Of a DNA stretch of 64,000 nt, positions 21,528 to 33,051 are shown in pieces. The notes under the pieces were generated by a model. The model saw only the letters and a program-made list of their open reading frames with translations. It did no database searches and was not told where the DNA came from. The translations under genes were made by a program, and so were the position numbers. Source of the DNA: Neophaeotheca triangularis. Its lineage: Eukaryota. The stretch's first letter is position 1. Each line of letters begins with the position of its first letter. The stretch covers positions 186,001-250,000 of the forward strand of contig BAAIJX010000028.1 of assembly GCA_054600435.1 (NCBI GenBank). Reading direction: 5' to 3'.

Positions 21528-23189
21528 TCAGGTCTCGTTCTCGTTTTCTTGTTCTGCGTCTTCGAGTCTCTGACTGTCGTGAGGTGGGAATCTTGACAGC
21601 AGCAATACGACAAATCCAACCAGCGCTACTCCAGCATTGCAGACGAAGACCAAGTATGTCTGTCCGATGCTCGCAAACCCGGCGAACACAAGCCCGAAGA
21701 TGAAAGTGGTCGAAAGCCTCGCAATCATCTCCACGAGAGCTATAGCACTCAAAGCATCCGTCCTTTCACTAGCAGAGCACATTTGCAATATCGTCCCCTT
21801 TGCCGCGGAAGCAGTGCCGGCGCCTAATGGCAAAAGCACAGCGATAATGTACATCTGCCAACCCTGACGCACAAAAGAAGCGCCTCCAGTGAGCAAGCCG
21901 TCTGCAAGAAGGCTAAACTTGGTGAAGACGAGGTCGAACTCGAAAGTTTCTTCTTTATCAGTACGCTTCGGTGGGTCTGGTGAGCTTTCGTCTTCGGGTT
22001 CTAGTGGACCAGGGACCGAAACGTCGAACGATTGCCGCCGAGTCGGTGTGCGTGTAGATTCCGGCGTACCAGCGCCGCTTCCGGCGGATCTTCTCTTCAT
22101 CCACTCTCGGCCTGTTGAGATAATGCGGGGGAAGAGCATGGTCAGGAAGAGACCTCGCAGTAGCGAGTGCATTGAGACCAAGTAACTGTTCTCCGTTGTA
22201 CCGAATTGGAAGACGTCTGTGGCGTACATCTGTAGTAGTGTTGGAATGTATCCCGTAGCCAAAACGCCCATGAAGACACCTATAGCGAGCACCAAAGCAC
22301 CGTACTCGTTCTTGATACGTCCGTCAGCGAGCACCCACTTCCTGGGCATAATCGTCTTGAGCGGCTGGAAAAATTTGGCCAGAGCTGATTTGTCCTTCTG
22401 AGCTTCGGCCGCTGCCTTGTCCGGAGCAATGTGAGGGAGGCAGAACACCACGTAGAGAGTCGATAGCACAAAGAGGCCAAGAGTCACTCGGAAAGGCCAG
22501 ATAGTACCCATTCCATCGCTGAGAAGACCTCCGGCCAGAAACCCTAGTGCGCTGCCGAACATGGTACAGCCTTGCAGGCGCCCCAGAGCCGGGGTCCTGT
22601 CTTGATGGCTCGTGACTTCCGTGACGAAGTTGTTGAGGGCGAGGAGATAGCCTACTGGTCCTCCCACGATTGTGATGATTTGCGAGCACTGGATAATAAT
22701 GATACCATTGCCACCGCCCACTTCAACGCCAACGTTCTGTACAGCCAATCGCACAGCAGGCCAAAAGACTTGGATGGCCAAAGAAGTCTTGACGCCGTAC
22801 TTTTTGATCAGCGAACCCGTCAAAAAGAGGTTTGCCATGCCGAAAAACGTGGTGCTCATTCCTAGCAACGATACAGCTCGAGCAGTGGCAGCTTCAATCT
22901 GCGGGATGGAACAGCGGTCTGAGCCCGGTAGCGACTGATCGGGGTGTTGTTTGTAGTAGGCCTCGCAGGTCATGACCCGGAAGATCCATATCAGCGGTAC
23001 TTGGGTTACTCCAAAGGATAAAGAGACGAGGAAGCCGGTGAGCAGAACCAGGTATAGTCTCGAGCGCGAGGGCGTTGGCGTTGGCGTTTGCGTTTCTGCC
23101 GAGCCAGCTTTTGGAAGTAGTGGTGAGGATTCGGTCTCGCGTCGAGAGCCATGCTCAGGAGACTTCTGATCCCGAGCCGCACTCATCAT
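21528..23189 (-). CDS. Major facilitator superfamily transporter (SLC46/TetA-like)
   Basis: 553-aa single-exon ORF with about 11-12 hydrophobic segments and an extracellular Cys pair after TM1. Confidence 0.8.
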   Translation of the reverse strand: MMSAARDQKSPEHGSRRETESSPLLPKAGSAETQTPTPTPSRSRLYLVLLTGFLVSLSFGVTQVPLIWIFRVMTCEAYYKQHPDQSLPGSDRCSIPQIEAATARAVSLLGMSTTFFGMANLFLTGSLIKKYGVKTSLAIQVFWPAVRLAVQNVGVEVGGGNGIIIIQCSQIITIVGGPVGYLLALNNFVTEVTSHQDRTPALGRLQGCTMFGSALGFLAGGLLSDGMGTIWPFRVTLGLFVLSTLYVVFCLPHIAPDKAAAEAQKDKSALAKFFQPLKTIMPRKWVLADGRIKNEYGALVLAIGVFMGVLATGYIPTLLQMYATDVFQFGTTENSYLVSMHSLLRGLFLTMLFPRIISTGREWMKRRSAGSGAGTPESTRTPTRRQSFDVSVPGPLEPEDESSPDPPKRTDKEETFEFDLVFTKFSLLADGLLTGGASFVRQGWQMYIIAVLLPLGAGTASAAKGTILQMCSASERTDALSAIALVEMIARLSTTFIFGLVFAGFASIGQTYLVFVCNAGVALVGFVVLLLSRFPPHDSQRLEDAEQENENET

Positions 23190-23638
23190 GTAGAGTTGTA
23201 GGAGTTAGGAATGAATATACTGCAAAGTAAAGAGGCGAGTGGAAGGGAAGCGAAAAGACCATGGCCGGCGAATGGAACAAGTTCAACAAACCTTCGGTAC
23301 TCGGCACAGATGGCTGCGGGCCGCAACAGAGATGTCTTGTATGCAGACTACAGTACTACTGCGACTCACCACCAATTCACCCAACTTGCCTTCCTAGTTG
23401 AGGTATCCTTGTATGTATACCGACTTCGGTTGCATATTTTAGCGAAGAAAGCAGGGCGACAAGAGCGAATAGTTGGCTCTGTAGGAATTTGTCGATTGAT
23501 TGAAGTCGGCGAGGCAACAGAAAGTCGTGGGAACAGCTTCCGTCTGAAGTCGTGGTATAGAAGCCAAATATCTTCATCCTTCTTTCTTCCAAAGAGCAGC
23601 ACACCTTTACTGCTTTACACACCAATACATACTAGAAC

Positions 23639-24768
23639 ATGTTAGCATCAAATCCCGCAAAGTTGTTTAGCTTACCTTCCACTCTTCGAATTGAGATTTT
23701 GAGCTCTCTTCTCGCTAAACGAAGTTTCTCCACCACCACTCGCCACCGTAGCCATGAGAACCCTTTGGTATGTAGCCAAACTCACAATTCCCATCTCTAA
23801 AAATTCCAGGAAGAGGCGTGCACATCCCCTTGATTCGAGGTTGCAGCAAATTCATCAAACCATCTCAATAACGATACACTAACTCCCACCAGGGCCTCCC
23901 CCGCTCCAACCCGCCATCCCCAAACCTTCAAAACCGCATGTCCCGCAACATGCCCACTCCCAAACCCATCCCAGGAGCCAAGAAAACAATCGCAGTCTCC
24001 AGCGCCAAAGGCGGCGTAGGGAAATCCACCATCGCCGCGAACCTCGCCCTCGCCCTCGCGCGCCACCAAAACCCAGCCCAAAACTCCAAACCCCTACGCA
24101 TAGGCCTCCTCGACACAGACATCTACGGCCCCTCCGTACCAACGCTCCTAGGCCTCTCCGGTCTCGAACCCACTCTCGACGACCGCAACCGCTTGAACCC
24201 ACTCACGGCTTTCGGGCTCTCGGCCATGAGCATGGGCTTTCTCGTCCCGCAGGACAAAACCATCGCCTGGCGCGGGCTGATGGTGCAAAAAGCGCTGCAG
24301 CAACTTCTCTTCGAAACTGCCTGGCCGGATCTCGACATTTTAGTCCTCGACCTCCCGCCGGGAACGGGAGACGTGCAACTCACAATCGCGCAGAGCGTTG
24401 AGCTCGCGGGCGCAGTCGTCGTCTCGACGCCCCAGGATTTGGCTCTTAGAGACGCTGTTAGGGGGGTTGAGTTCTTTGCAAAGACGAATGTCAAGGTTTT
24501 GGGTATGGTGCAGAATATGTCTACTTTTGTGTGCGAGAATTGTGGGCATGGGAATGATGTTTTTGGCAGTCAGGGGGCCAGGAGGGAGTGTGAGGAGAGG
24601 GGCATTAGGTTGTTGGGGGATGTGCCGTTGCATGCGAGTATCTGTAGGGATGCGGATGCCGGGAGGCCGACTGTTGTTGCTGATCCTGAGGGGTCACAGG
24701 CGAAGGCTTTCGGGGTTTTGGCCGGGGAGGTCTTGCAAGCTATGGAGGGGGTGGGTGAGCAAGACTGA
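23639..24768 (+). CDS. IND1: Mitochondrial Mrp/NBP35-family P-loop Fe-S assembly protein Ind1 (NUBPL)
   Basis: Exons 23639-23767, 23893-24768. Presequence-like MLASNPAKLFSL..KRSFSTT, HENPL|GLP across the intron, SAKGGVGKST, DIYGPS, DLPPGTGD, NMS..CENC. Confidence 0.88.
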
Positions 24769-24895
24769 GGGTCGAGTGCGGAGCGGGGAGCGTAAAGTGC
24801 CACCCTTGATCACTCGGCCGCCGTAAGTGCTGTACCTGTACACACACCAGGCAAAATTTGTAAAAAAAACACTTGTATGATTTCATCAAATCTCG

Positions 24896-27634
24896 CTACC
24901 ATATCCGCTTAGCAGCCATACTATACCTCTCAACCCCATCCAACTTGAACTCGCCCTTGTTTCGCGCCCTGCCTTCCCTCTCCCTCAAGTTCTCCAACCC
25001 CTTCTCATCATCCTCATAAATCCATCGCCTCTTCGCATCGTCCACCTCGACAACTCCCCATCCGCCTACCCTCCTACCCCGAGCCTCCACACTTTCCTCC
25101 TCCCGTTGCTTCATGCCCTTGTACCTGTTGCGAGCGAAATTAAGCAAGACCATACCGAGCACCAGCTTACACGCCAGTAATACGAGGTAGGCTGCAAGGA
25201 AGAATATGGCCATAGTCGCAAAGGCGATCAAGTCGTCTAGAGAGAGGAAGTTGAATGTCGACTCCTCACCGCCGAAACCAGCGCCGAAGCTTGAGCGTCC
25301 CAGAGCTCGACGGAATATGTAGTCGATATGCTGCAGTGCAGCCGTGGTGGCAGGAGACGTAGCTGCTGCCTCAGAATCGAGAGAGACAGAGGTCGCGGCA
25401 GAAGGGATCGGTAATGGAACGTGCGAGGCGAGAAACATGTGGTATGTTTGCATGCTGGCGCGGATGAAGAGGCAGCTGAGTGGTATCACGGGTAGACCCA
25501 AACGTTTGGTGAGGTTCTGATCCGCGAAAGCGTGAGCGTAGTAATCTTTTGTCAGCACGTCAAGGAAGCGACCGTAGATGTTGGGCCTGATGTTGTTGAA
25601 CTTGTTGATGTAGGCGTGTTTGAGCCAGTCGACGAGCATTTCAGATCCAAGGACTATCAGGAAGGGACCTAGGACTTCGCCGGTCCATTTGGGGAAGAGC
25701 GTAAAGGCCTTGGGAATCATGGTCGTTTTGAGCGGGCCGCTAGTAGCATTGCCAACGGGGTTCGAGGTTGATGGCACGGCAAAGATGTTGCTGAGTGATA
25801 TCGTGAGGCCTCCTACCTCGACTATATTGCGCAATGCGATGATCAAGAGCATTAACCAAAGTTGAAAGCGTTCGACTATGTCTGCGCAGGTGAGCTGAAA
25901 GAGATTTTCCTTTTCGAACTTTTTGAAGACGGTGCCTTTGATCTCGACGAATTGATTGCTCATGAGTAGAGTCAGTAGCGCGTTCGAGTACGAATTGACT
26001 GCTACGTTCAGGGTGACCACTTGGTAGAACAGAGCGGTTGCGTGAACGACGTTGTACACCAAGGCGAGTAGAAACATCCAGATTGGCCGGACAATCTTGC
26101 TGCGACCGTTGGGCTTGCGCTCTAGAGTTTCTTTCGAGAAGAGGCATTCCAGTACGTCCTGACCCAGCGCTGAAAAGAGGCGGTCGAAAACTTCCAAGAC
26201 ATTGTATATGACGTAGAGTTTAATGGCCGCCTGGCCTCGGATACTGTGGTACATTCGACTGGCATCGAAGTACATTAATACAGTGCAGCTCAATATGATG
26301 AGCAAGCCTTGTAGTAGGTCCGCTTTATGATTCGGTAGTAAAGCTGACGGCTTCGACCTGGAGCGGCGATGACGAGAAGCAGTAGGTCGCCTTTCTCTTT
26401 CGCCGGACAGGCGCCTATTCCCAGCAGAACCGCTTGGTCGACGTTCACCATCGGATGAATGCTCGACTGCTGCAGCAGACTTTTCGGTCTTGGAAACATC
26501 GTTGCTTGAACCGTTGCCGGGCATCGGAACCACTGGTTGCGCTCGTCGACGCCACATCCGCCAAGAGCCTTTGTACACAAACGAGCAAACGTCACGAGCC
26601 TCTCTAGCAGCACTTTGCGCCCACCATTGCGATAGTACCGCTATAGCTTTGACAAACCGCAACGGTAAAATGGTAAAAGTATACAGCCAAGAGTCCAGGC
26701 AAGCAAGTGTCCCAAACCACAGCACTTGCTCGAGCTCTGGTGGAAGTAGCAAGAAGTTGAGCAGACGCTCGAACTTGACTTTGGACGATTCGTAAGGAAA
26801 GTCGGCGTTTGTCGATCGATGTATGTAAAGCGCAGAGGGTCTATCAGATGCGAGCTCGAGCTGTAGGTAAGTTGGCAAAGACAGCGGCGGGATCGGTATG
26901 TAAGAAGGCATCGGAGAGGGTTCAGCTGCTGGGACTGGTGCTGGCTTAAGTGAGCCATTCGCCGCAGCGGTTGGGTCGTCAATCTTTAAAGGTGACGGTA
27001 GTGGTCTACCAGCCCTCGGGGGTTTAGAAGAGGATTGTTTCCTTGTGATTACTGGTGAAGAGGTCGATCGTGATTTGGGAGGTCGGGCTGCATTATTCGC
27101 ACCTGGAGTGGTGCTGACACTTGGCACATTAGGTATGGTTGGCATACTGTCGGTCGGTGTTGCTTTCACATTTGCATTCTCGCTTGCGGCACCGTTCACT
27201 CTTCCTTCGGAGTCATTTGTGGCCAGAGACCCACCAGGAAGAGCAGGGATATCTTCGTCTCTGGGCGTGGCTGCACGAAGAGGTATCGATCCGGGCGAAG
27301 AAGTGAGCTCGGCTATCTGAGATGGTGACAGTTTCAGGGCACGGGTGTGGCTACTGTCAGTCAGGGTGGAAGATCGGCGCGCAGCCACGCCGCTGCTGCC
27401 AGCTCGTCGTCGAGTCCTGGTAGGTGGCTCATCATGTAATCTCGCGGATTCCGTCAAATGTTCATCAAAAGTTTTTAATCGGTCTCCTTCGGCATTCTCA
27501 AAATCTGGAAAGGGCTGATAAAGACCTTGACCATGCTCGCTGATCGGTGAGAGGCCAGGGGTTGCAAGTTGTCCATTTACAGGTGTGTCGTTTTTGAAGG
27601 GTTGGTCATCGGTAGATGTCAGTGGATCTGCCAT
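24896..27634 (-). CDS. EMP65: TAPT1/Emp65 (DUF747) ER membrane protein
   Basis: LEQVLWFGTLACLDSWLYTFTILPLR, YHSIRGQAAIKLYVIYNVLE, SNQFVEIKGTVFKKF, DWLKHAYINKFN; 912 aa. Confidence 0.88.
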   Translation of the reverse strand: MADPLTSTDDQPFKNDTPVNGQLATPGLSPISEHGQGLYQPFPDFENAEGDRLKTFDEHLTESARLHDEPPTRTRRRAGSSGVAARRSSTLTDSSHTRALKLSPSQIAELTSSPGSIPLRAATPRDEDIPALPGGSLATNDSEGRVNGAASENANVKATPTDSMPTIPNVPSVSTTPGANNAARPPKSRSTSSPVITRKQSSSKPPRAGRPLPSPLKIDDPTAAANGSLKPAPVPAAEPSPMPSYIPIPPLSLPTYLQLELASDRPSALYIHRSTNADFPYESSKVKFERLLNFLLLPPELEQVLWFGTLACLDSWLYTFTILPLRFVKAIAVLSQWWAQSAAREARDVCSFVYKGSWRMWRRRAQPVVPMPGNGSSNDVSKTEKSAAAVEHSSDGERRPSGSAGNRRLSGERERRPTASRHRRSRSKPSALLPNHKADLLQGLLIILSCTVLMYFDASRMYHSIRGQAAIKLYVIYNVLEVFDRLFSALGQDVLECLFSKETLERKPNGRSKIVRPIWMFLLALVYNVVHATALFYQVVTLNVAVNSYSNALLTLLMSNQFVEIKGTVFKKFEKENLFQLTCADIVERFQLWLMLLIIALRNIVEVGGLTISLSNIFAVPSTSNPVGNATSGPLKTTMIPKAFTLFPKWTGEVLGPFLIVLGSEMLVDWLKHAYINKFNNIRPNIYGRFLDVLTKDYYAHAFADQNLTKRLGLPVIPLSCLFIRASMQTYHMFLASHVPLPIPSAATSVSLDSEAAATSPATTAALQHIDYIFRRALGRSSFGAGFGGEESTFNFLSLDDLIAFATMAIFFLAAYLVLLACKLVLGMVLLNFARNRYKGMKQREEESVEARGRRVGGWGVVEVDDAKRRWIYEDDEKGLENLREREGRARNKGEFKLDGVERYSMAAKRIW

Positions 27635-27943
27635 GATATGCCTCGGGACATGCAGGCATTTCTACGTATTTTGCAGTGTAGACGAAAGAAGATGTCGTGG
27701 AAATGGATAATCGAGCGGTCGCTATTGTCGAGGCGTGAGGTCGGAGAGGTCGGACTTGACTGCCAGGAGTCCGAGTTGGGGCTGTCACTGCAGGTGAGAT
27801 AAGATAAGATAAGATAAGACATCGATCATCTGGTTTCCACCTCGTCACCATCTGTTGCCTGGAGCGCCGTTTAGCACATCATAAAGTCGTTTTGTTTCAT
27901 CCCATCTCATTCTCTTCCTCTCTACAGCTCAATTCAGGTCAAC

Positions 27944-28657
27944 ATGTCAGGCTACGAAGGTCAGTACCGGACAATTTAACGCTCTGACCGGCTTGCTGAC
28001 CTCGCCCAGTGGAACACAATATCCCCTCCAAACGCGAACAGTCTCCGCCCCGTCGTCGTCCTGACCTCAGTACCTTTTTCAGCAATCTCGAACAAGTAGA
28101 CACTTCAGGAGATCGCCAGCCGCACAATTCACACTCTTTACCGCTTCCAGGCGATGTCAGCGCAACATACAGAACCTTAGCAAATGCTTTTGCGATGATG
28201 CAGGGCGGCGAGTCTCCGGATACACAAGGAACCGACAACAACAATGAGCTGCTTGGAAGGCTGGTGGCTAGTTTGATGGAGAGTGCGGAGAATCCACCTA
28301 CCGAAGTTCAGGGTGTATCGGACGAGTTCATCAGCGAGCTCGAGCGGGTACCGAAGAAGAACCTGAAGAGTGACATGAGCTGTCCGATATGCTCTAATGC
28401 CTTCGTCGAAGGTAGGTGGAGAGGTGACGCAGTATACCGAGGAGCATGTGTGCTAACAGATCTTCCTAGACCCTCATCCGCTGGTCGTTCAGTTGCCTTG
28501 CCACAAGGACCACATCTTTGATCTTGAGTGCATTCAACCATGGCTGAAGCTCAATCCAACATGTCCGTTGGACCGTCAAAATCTAGTCAAAAAGAAGGCA
28601 CCTCCACCGCCTCCGCAGGATGATGAAGAGGGCGAGTACGACGACATGTATGCATGA
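27944..28657 (+). CDS. Small RING-H2-type protein (probable E3 ubiquitin ligase)
   Basis: Exons 27944-27959, 28010-28411, 28470-28657 (201 aa): CPIC...LPCHKDHIFDLECIQPWLKLNPTCPLDR. Confidence 0.85.
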
Positions 28658-28909
28658 GAATATTGTTGCAAAAGTACAGAACTAGCCTAGCGTTGGCGTT
28701 GGGGAGCATTGGGTGCAGCACAGCGACCCGCGGAGCTTCGATACTCATAAAGGTGCATACTAGTAGTGAGGACAAACTCGTCCAATTAAACGCTGCGAAA
28801 CGACATTGACATTTGCTGAGTATCAGATACGAAGCCCGCTAAATCGACATGGAAGCGAATACATCATCATTCATAACATACGTGGAAGCCCAGGCGTTCC
28901 TTGCCATCC

Positions 28910-30647
28910 CTAGTAATACCACCTAAAGTCGGCCACGTCCGGCCCATCCTTTAGTATCTCGGTTGGCACGTCCGGACCTCTCTTCCGCTCACCCTGCAGC
29001 CGATCTCTCCTCTTGTTATCCAGGATCATGTACGTGCCAAGTCCTATAGTGAGGCACAGACCCGTGGCGCCGAACGCAGCCGTCGTCGACACTGCCGGGA
29101 TATAGTCTGGAGGATCTTGGTTACGGAAGATGTTGGAGGAGACGAGTCCCATCATGTTTGCCACCGGCACCGCAACGGAGAGAAAAGTCGCGCGTCGATT
29201 CTCGTCGGCAATATTGTTCGAGAACCAAGTGTCGAGCAAGACGGATGGCGCAGAAGTTCCCCATGTCATCATGAAGCAAGCGAAGTAGGCGACCTGGGTC
29301 TCGTTTACGGCATTGATCGCTGCATTATGGTCAGCTATGCACCGATTTCATTCCAAGTCAGCTCGAACAGGGATGCACTTACAAGCGTAGATGATGAAGC
29401 CGCAAAAGGTGAAGAAAAATCCGAGGGCGATAAAAGGGAAACGCCAACGGGTGTAATCAGAAGCGAAACCGAGGATCAAGAGCATCACTGCGCCAGTGAT
29501 GTTTGGTGCGACAGTATACAAATTCGTCTTGACGGTGTCGTAACCCAGCCTGGCAATGATCTGGGGCAAAAATAGCGTGACAGATTGCAGAGGAATACCG
29601 AGGCACATCTGGATGCACAGCACAACCCAGGACGTGGGCTGCTTGAAAATTCGCAGAGCGTCTCGCAGGTTGTACTTTTCGTTGACCACGGCTGAACTGT
29701 CGACCTGCATCCGGTAAAAAGCGACTTCCTTCTCGTGGTCTGTCAAGAAATTGGCATGAGCGGCGCTGTACGGCAAGAACCAGTATGCGACTCCGGCGAA
29801 AATGATAGTGAGGCCGCCTTCTAACGCGAATAGGTAGCGCCAGGACTCTAGCGCTCCACCTTCGATCTGGAAAACACCAAAAGATAAGAGGCCACCGAAA
29901 GCTCCGGCGACGCTCGAAGCCGCGTAGAAGATTGCGAGTCGTCTAGCCAGCTCTCCACGTCGGTACAGGGTACTCAGATAGTAGATCACGAGCGGGAAGA
30001 ATGCCGACTCGGCCATGCCCAGGAACCAGCGCAGAGCAAAGAGTCCACCAAAGTTTGTCACGGAAATCACCAGTAGAGTCATGGTACCGAAGGTGGCCAT
30101 CATGGCTGGCAGAACCCGGCTGGGACCGTAGATCTTACCAAGCATACCAAGGAACGGAGCCGTCAAGACGTATGGGACGAAGAAAATCATCAGCAAGATG
30201 TTGTACTGATGGCCTTCCAGACCAAGGGTCTCCTCCAAAGTATCGGTCTTCGCGTTACCTGTAGCTGTTAGCACGTACGAACTACACTCTCTCAGGATCC
30301 AGGCCAGACATACCCAAGTTGGCTTTGTCGAGAGAGTTGAAAAGATACATGACGGCGAGAAGCGGCAGGATACGGAGATCGAACTTCCACACCAGCTTTC
30401 GCTCAGCTGCTTTCGTTATGATGAATGTCTCTCCTTCTGCACTGGCAATGATAGTGTTGCCTTCTGCATCCTTGCTGATTCCGGTTGCCGGCCCTGAGTC
30501 GTCGGGTATCTTGGAGTCGACCTCAGGAAGCTTCGTATCTCGGTGGAGGCCATTGCCAACAATATTTCTGTGGTCTATCGACTGAGCCAGGAGATACCAA
30601 TGTTCGTCGCACCCAGGAGCGTAGCATGTTGGCTGGATCACTGCCAT
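28910..30647 (-). CDS. MFS anion:cation symporter (Dal5/Tna1 allantoate/nicotinate-like)
   Basis: Introns 30313-30259 and 29382-29320. ERKLVWKFDLRILP, SLDKANLGNAK, LRWFLGMAES, YRRGELARR, WRYLFALEG. Start codon uncertain (30647 is in frame). Confidence 0.87.
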
Positions 30648-31548
30648 ATTATATACCTCACGCTCTGGAGATTTTCTCCGGAGAACCCGCACATATTCCG
30701 AGATCTGCACAGCGTTGTTCCTCAACCACATAGATACCGCGCTGTCATCGAATATGGCGACACCAAGGCTGGTGGCATCTCCACGGGCAGCACAAAGTAC
30801 CAGCGTGCTGGAAATCGGCTGCTGCTTGGCGTGATGATAGCTCGAAGCCCACCATACAGATCATAGACATTCTATGAAGCTGGCATGGTGCCAGGCGCCG
30901 CTTTGCTACGCTTATGGGGCATGCCTATCAAAGTAGACTCGGCAGGTCAGTGGATATGGCTTGTCGTTGTTAAGCAGCTTGACTAAGGGAATGTCTGCAC
31001 GGACCCACAGGGGGCCTATTCTACTGGTGAATCCGCCTGATCAGTGACTACTAGTACTTTTGACAAGTTCGCAGGTTTACTATGGACCTTATCCATTCAC
31101 ATCCAACCTCCATGAATTAACTGTTCGCCTCCTGTAGTCAGAGACAAGAACTTTGTCCTGGATATATAGATGGGACGATATCCGGGGTTCCCGCTCTCTC
31201 ATTGGCTGAGATCCTCAGCTCGCCGCCGGCGAAATCTCAAGATACCACCATTCCACTATCTGTACGTACAGCACCTCAGCTCCGTACCATATCACTCAAC
31301 CTTTCTGCGGGCTTACGCATCTCTGCAATCACCTACAGTCCTTTACAAGGACGACTGCCATCATTCCATAGGCTCGTTGATAAGACACTGCGCCAGAAAC
31401 TAGGTCCATATTCCCCGGACATGTTCGACCTAAACCTCCCTGGGTCGTGAAAGCAGAAGAGAGGTTGCGCTTGGCTTAACTAACGGCGCCGAGCCGGAGT
31501 GGAGCTTCGAAACTCTTGTCGATGGAAACATTGACATGAAATCCCCAG

Positions 31549-32600
31549 TCACGTTGGACTTCGCTGCTGCGGTCCTCCCGCGTTGACGTTGCCCAGTTTG
31601 CCGGATACAAAGACTACCAGAACTGCAGCATAAGCGGCCGTTCACGCGAATATGCTATCCCTGGTAGCGCTCGTGGAAGCCCGTAAGCTCACGGCAAACA
31701 AGACGACGAATCCGATTACTATACCGAGCCTGGCGTCGGGGTTCGTCACCCGGCAACGAATGAGTATCGAGCCGATCAGGAGGATTCCAGCGAAAATGGT
31801 GCTCAAAGCACTGGCAACCATGACTACCAATCTTTCCTCGAAGTGATGGGCTAGGTCTTCTGGGTCGATTGAGTTCCCCTGCCGTGTGTTAAAGCAATCC
31901 TGGTCGCTCGTTATGCAAATGGACCTACCTTAACACCTGGTAGCGGCCAGTGATTCCGCAGAAAGGTTGGAAGAAAATCGGTATTTACTTGCGACTTCAG
32001 AGCGACCAGATCTTCTGTGTCGTCCAGCATGGCAGTCGCACGTCCGTCTACGACAGGATCGTTATCGCCTCCAAAACCATCGCTTGTACGCTTCGAGTAC
32101 TCGGTCGTTGGGCCCCTCAAGATTTCCAATCTGACTTTGCAATAGCAATGCTTTCTCTGCTGGAAAATCAGCAATCACGCGCAAAATGCAACATTAACAG
32201 AGCTAGTACTTACGGTATTGCTTCATGGTTTTTTCAATAGTCCCGACGAGCTTCATTCGTTCCGCGTCGCCGTGATACCGGCCATCAGCAACGTTTCGCT
32301 TGAAGATCTCCCATTTGCGCGCCGATGCTTTTTCATCCAGATTGTAGCCTTTGGAGCACTCAATGTCTAGTGACTCGAGCCTGGCTTCTAGGTCTATAAG
32401 TTCGCTCTGGAAAAACAGCAGGTTCCGCGCACTGAGCCGCTTGAAGCGCCGGAAAACGTAGGTTTCATGGTCAGAACCAGACCGTCGACGGAAGTAGCCC
32501 TTGAAGCGGGTGAGCGCGAACATTTTTCGGTTTCTCGTCGAGATTTGGGCAATTGCGGCTGATCGTGCATAAGCGGGGGCACACACTCTTTCTCTTGGGT
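31549..32600 (-). pseudogene. DUF6594-like fungal membrane protein pseudogene
   Basis: YVFRRFKRLSARNLLFFQSELIDLE, KALLLQSQI, DLVAL..D, three TM segments and TAAYAAVLVVFVS. Disrupted by a frameshift at the run 32073-32076 and an in-frame TGA at 31644-31642; 5' end degenerate. Confidence 0.7.
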
Positions 32601-33051
32601 TCTACAGTGGTTTCTGGAATCGACAGTCAGGATGATATCGGCGCGGATGAGTGCGAAATTCCTCCATCTTTGTCGCGGTTTCAGGGGCCAGGCAGGGGCT
32701 AGAACGTTGTCAGACATGCGGATGAGTGTGAACTTTTTTTTTTTTTTCTGTGCGCAGGCGAGCTGTGAGCATCATCTTCATATACATGCGAGATTGGCCA
32801 ACGGGCCACAATTCTTCCTACCTCCGGTTTGTTGTGTGAATCTACTTGCATGGTACTCGCCTTCAAATCTCATCATGCGGATGACACAAGAAGTGGACTG
32901 AACTGGAACCCTGAGAATGTTTCAAATCGTAAATCAAGATGACATTGCTGTGCTATGTGGGTTCTCTCTGGGGTCAAGTTACCGTGACATCTCGCCAAAA
33001 ACGCCAACGCTGTGTATCCAAAAGGTCGAAGGGGGGAATAAAAGCACACAA

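Noticed and set aside
31642..31644. In-frame TGA as selenocysteine or programmed readthrough
   Set aside because: An independent frameshift in the same gene and the absence of known Sec usage in ascomycetes make pseudogenisation the simpler explanation.
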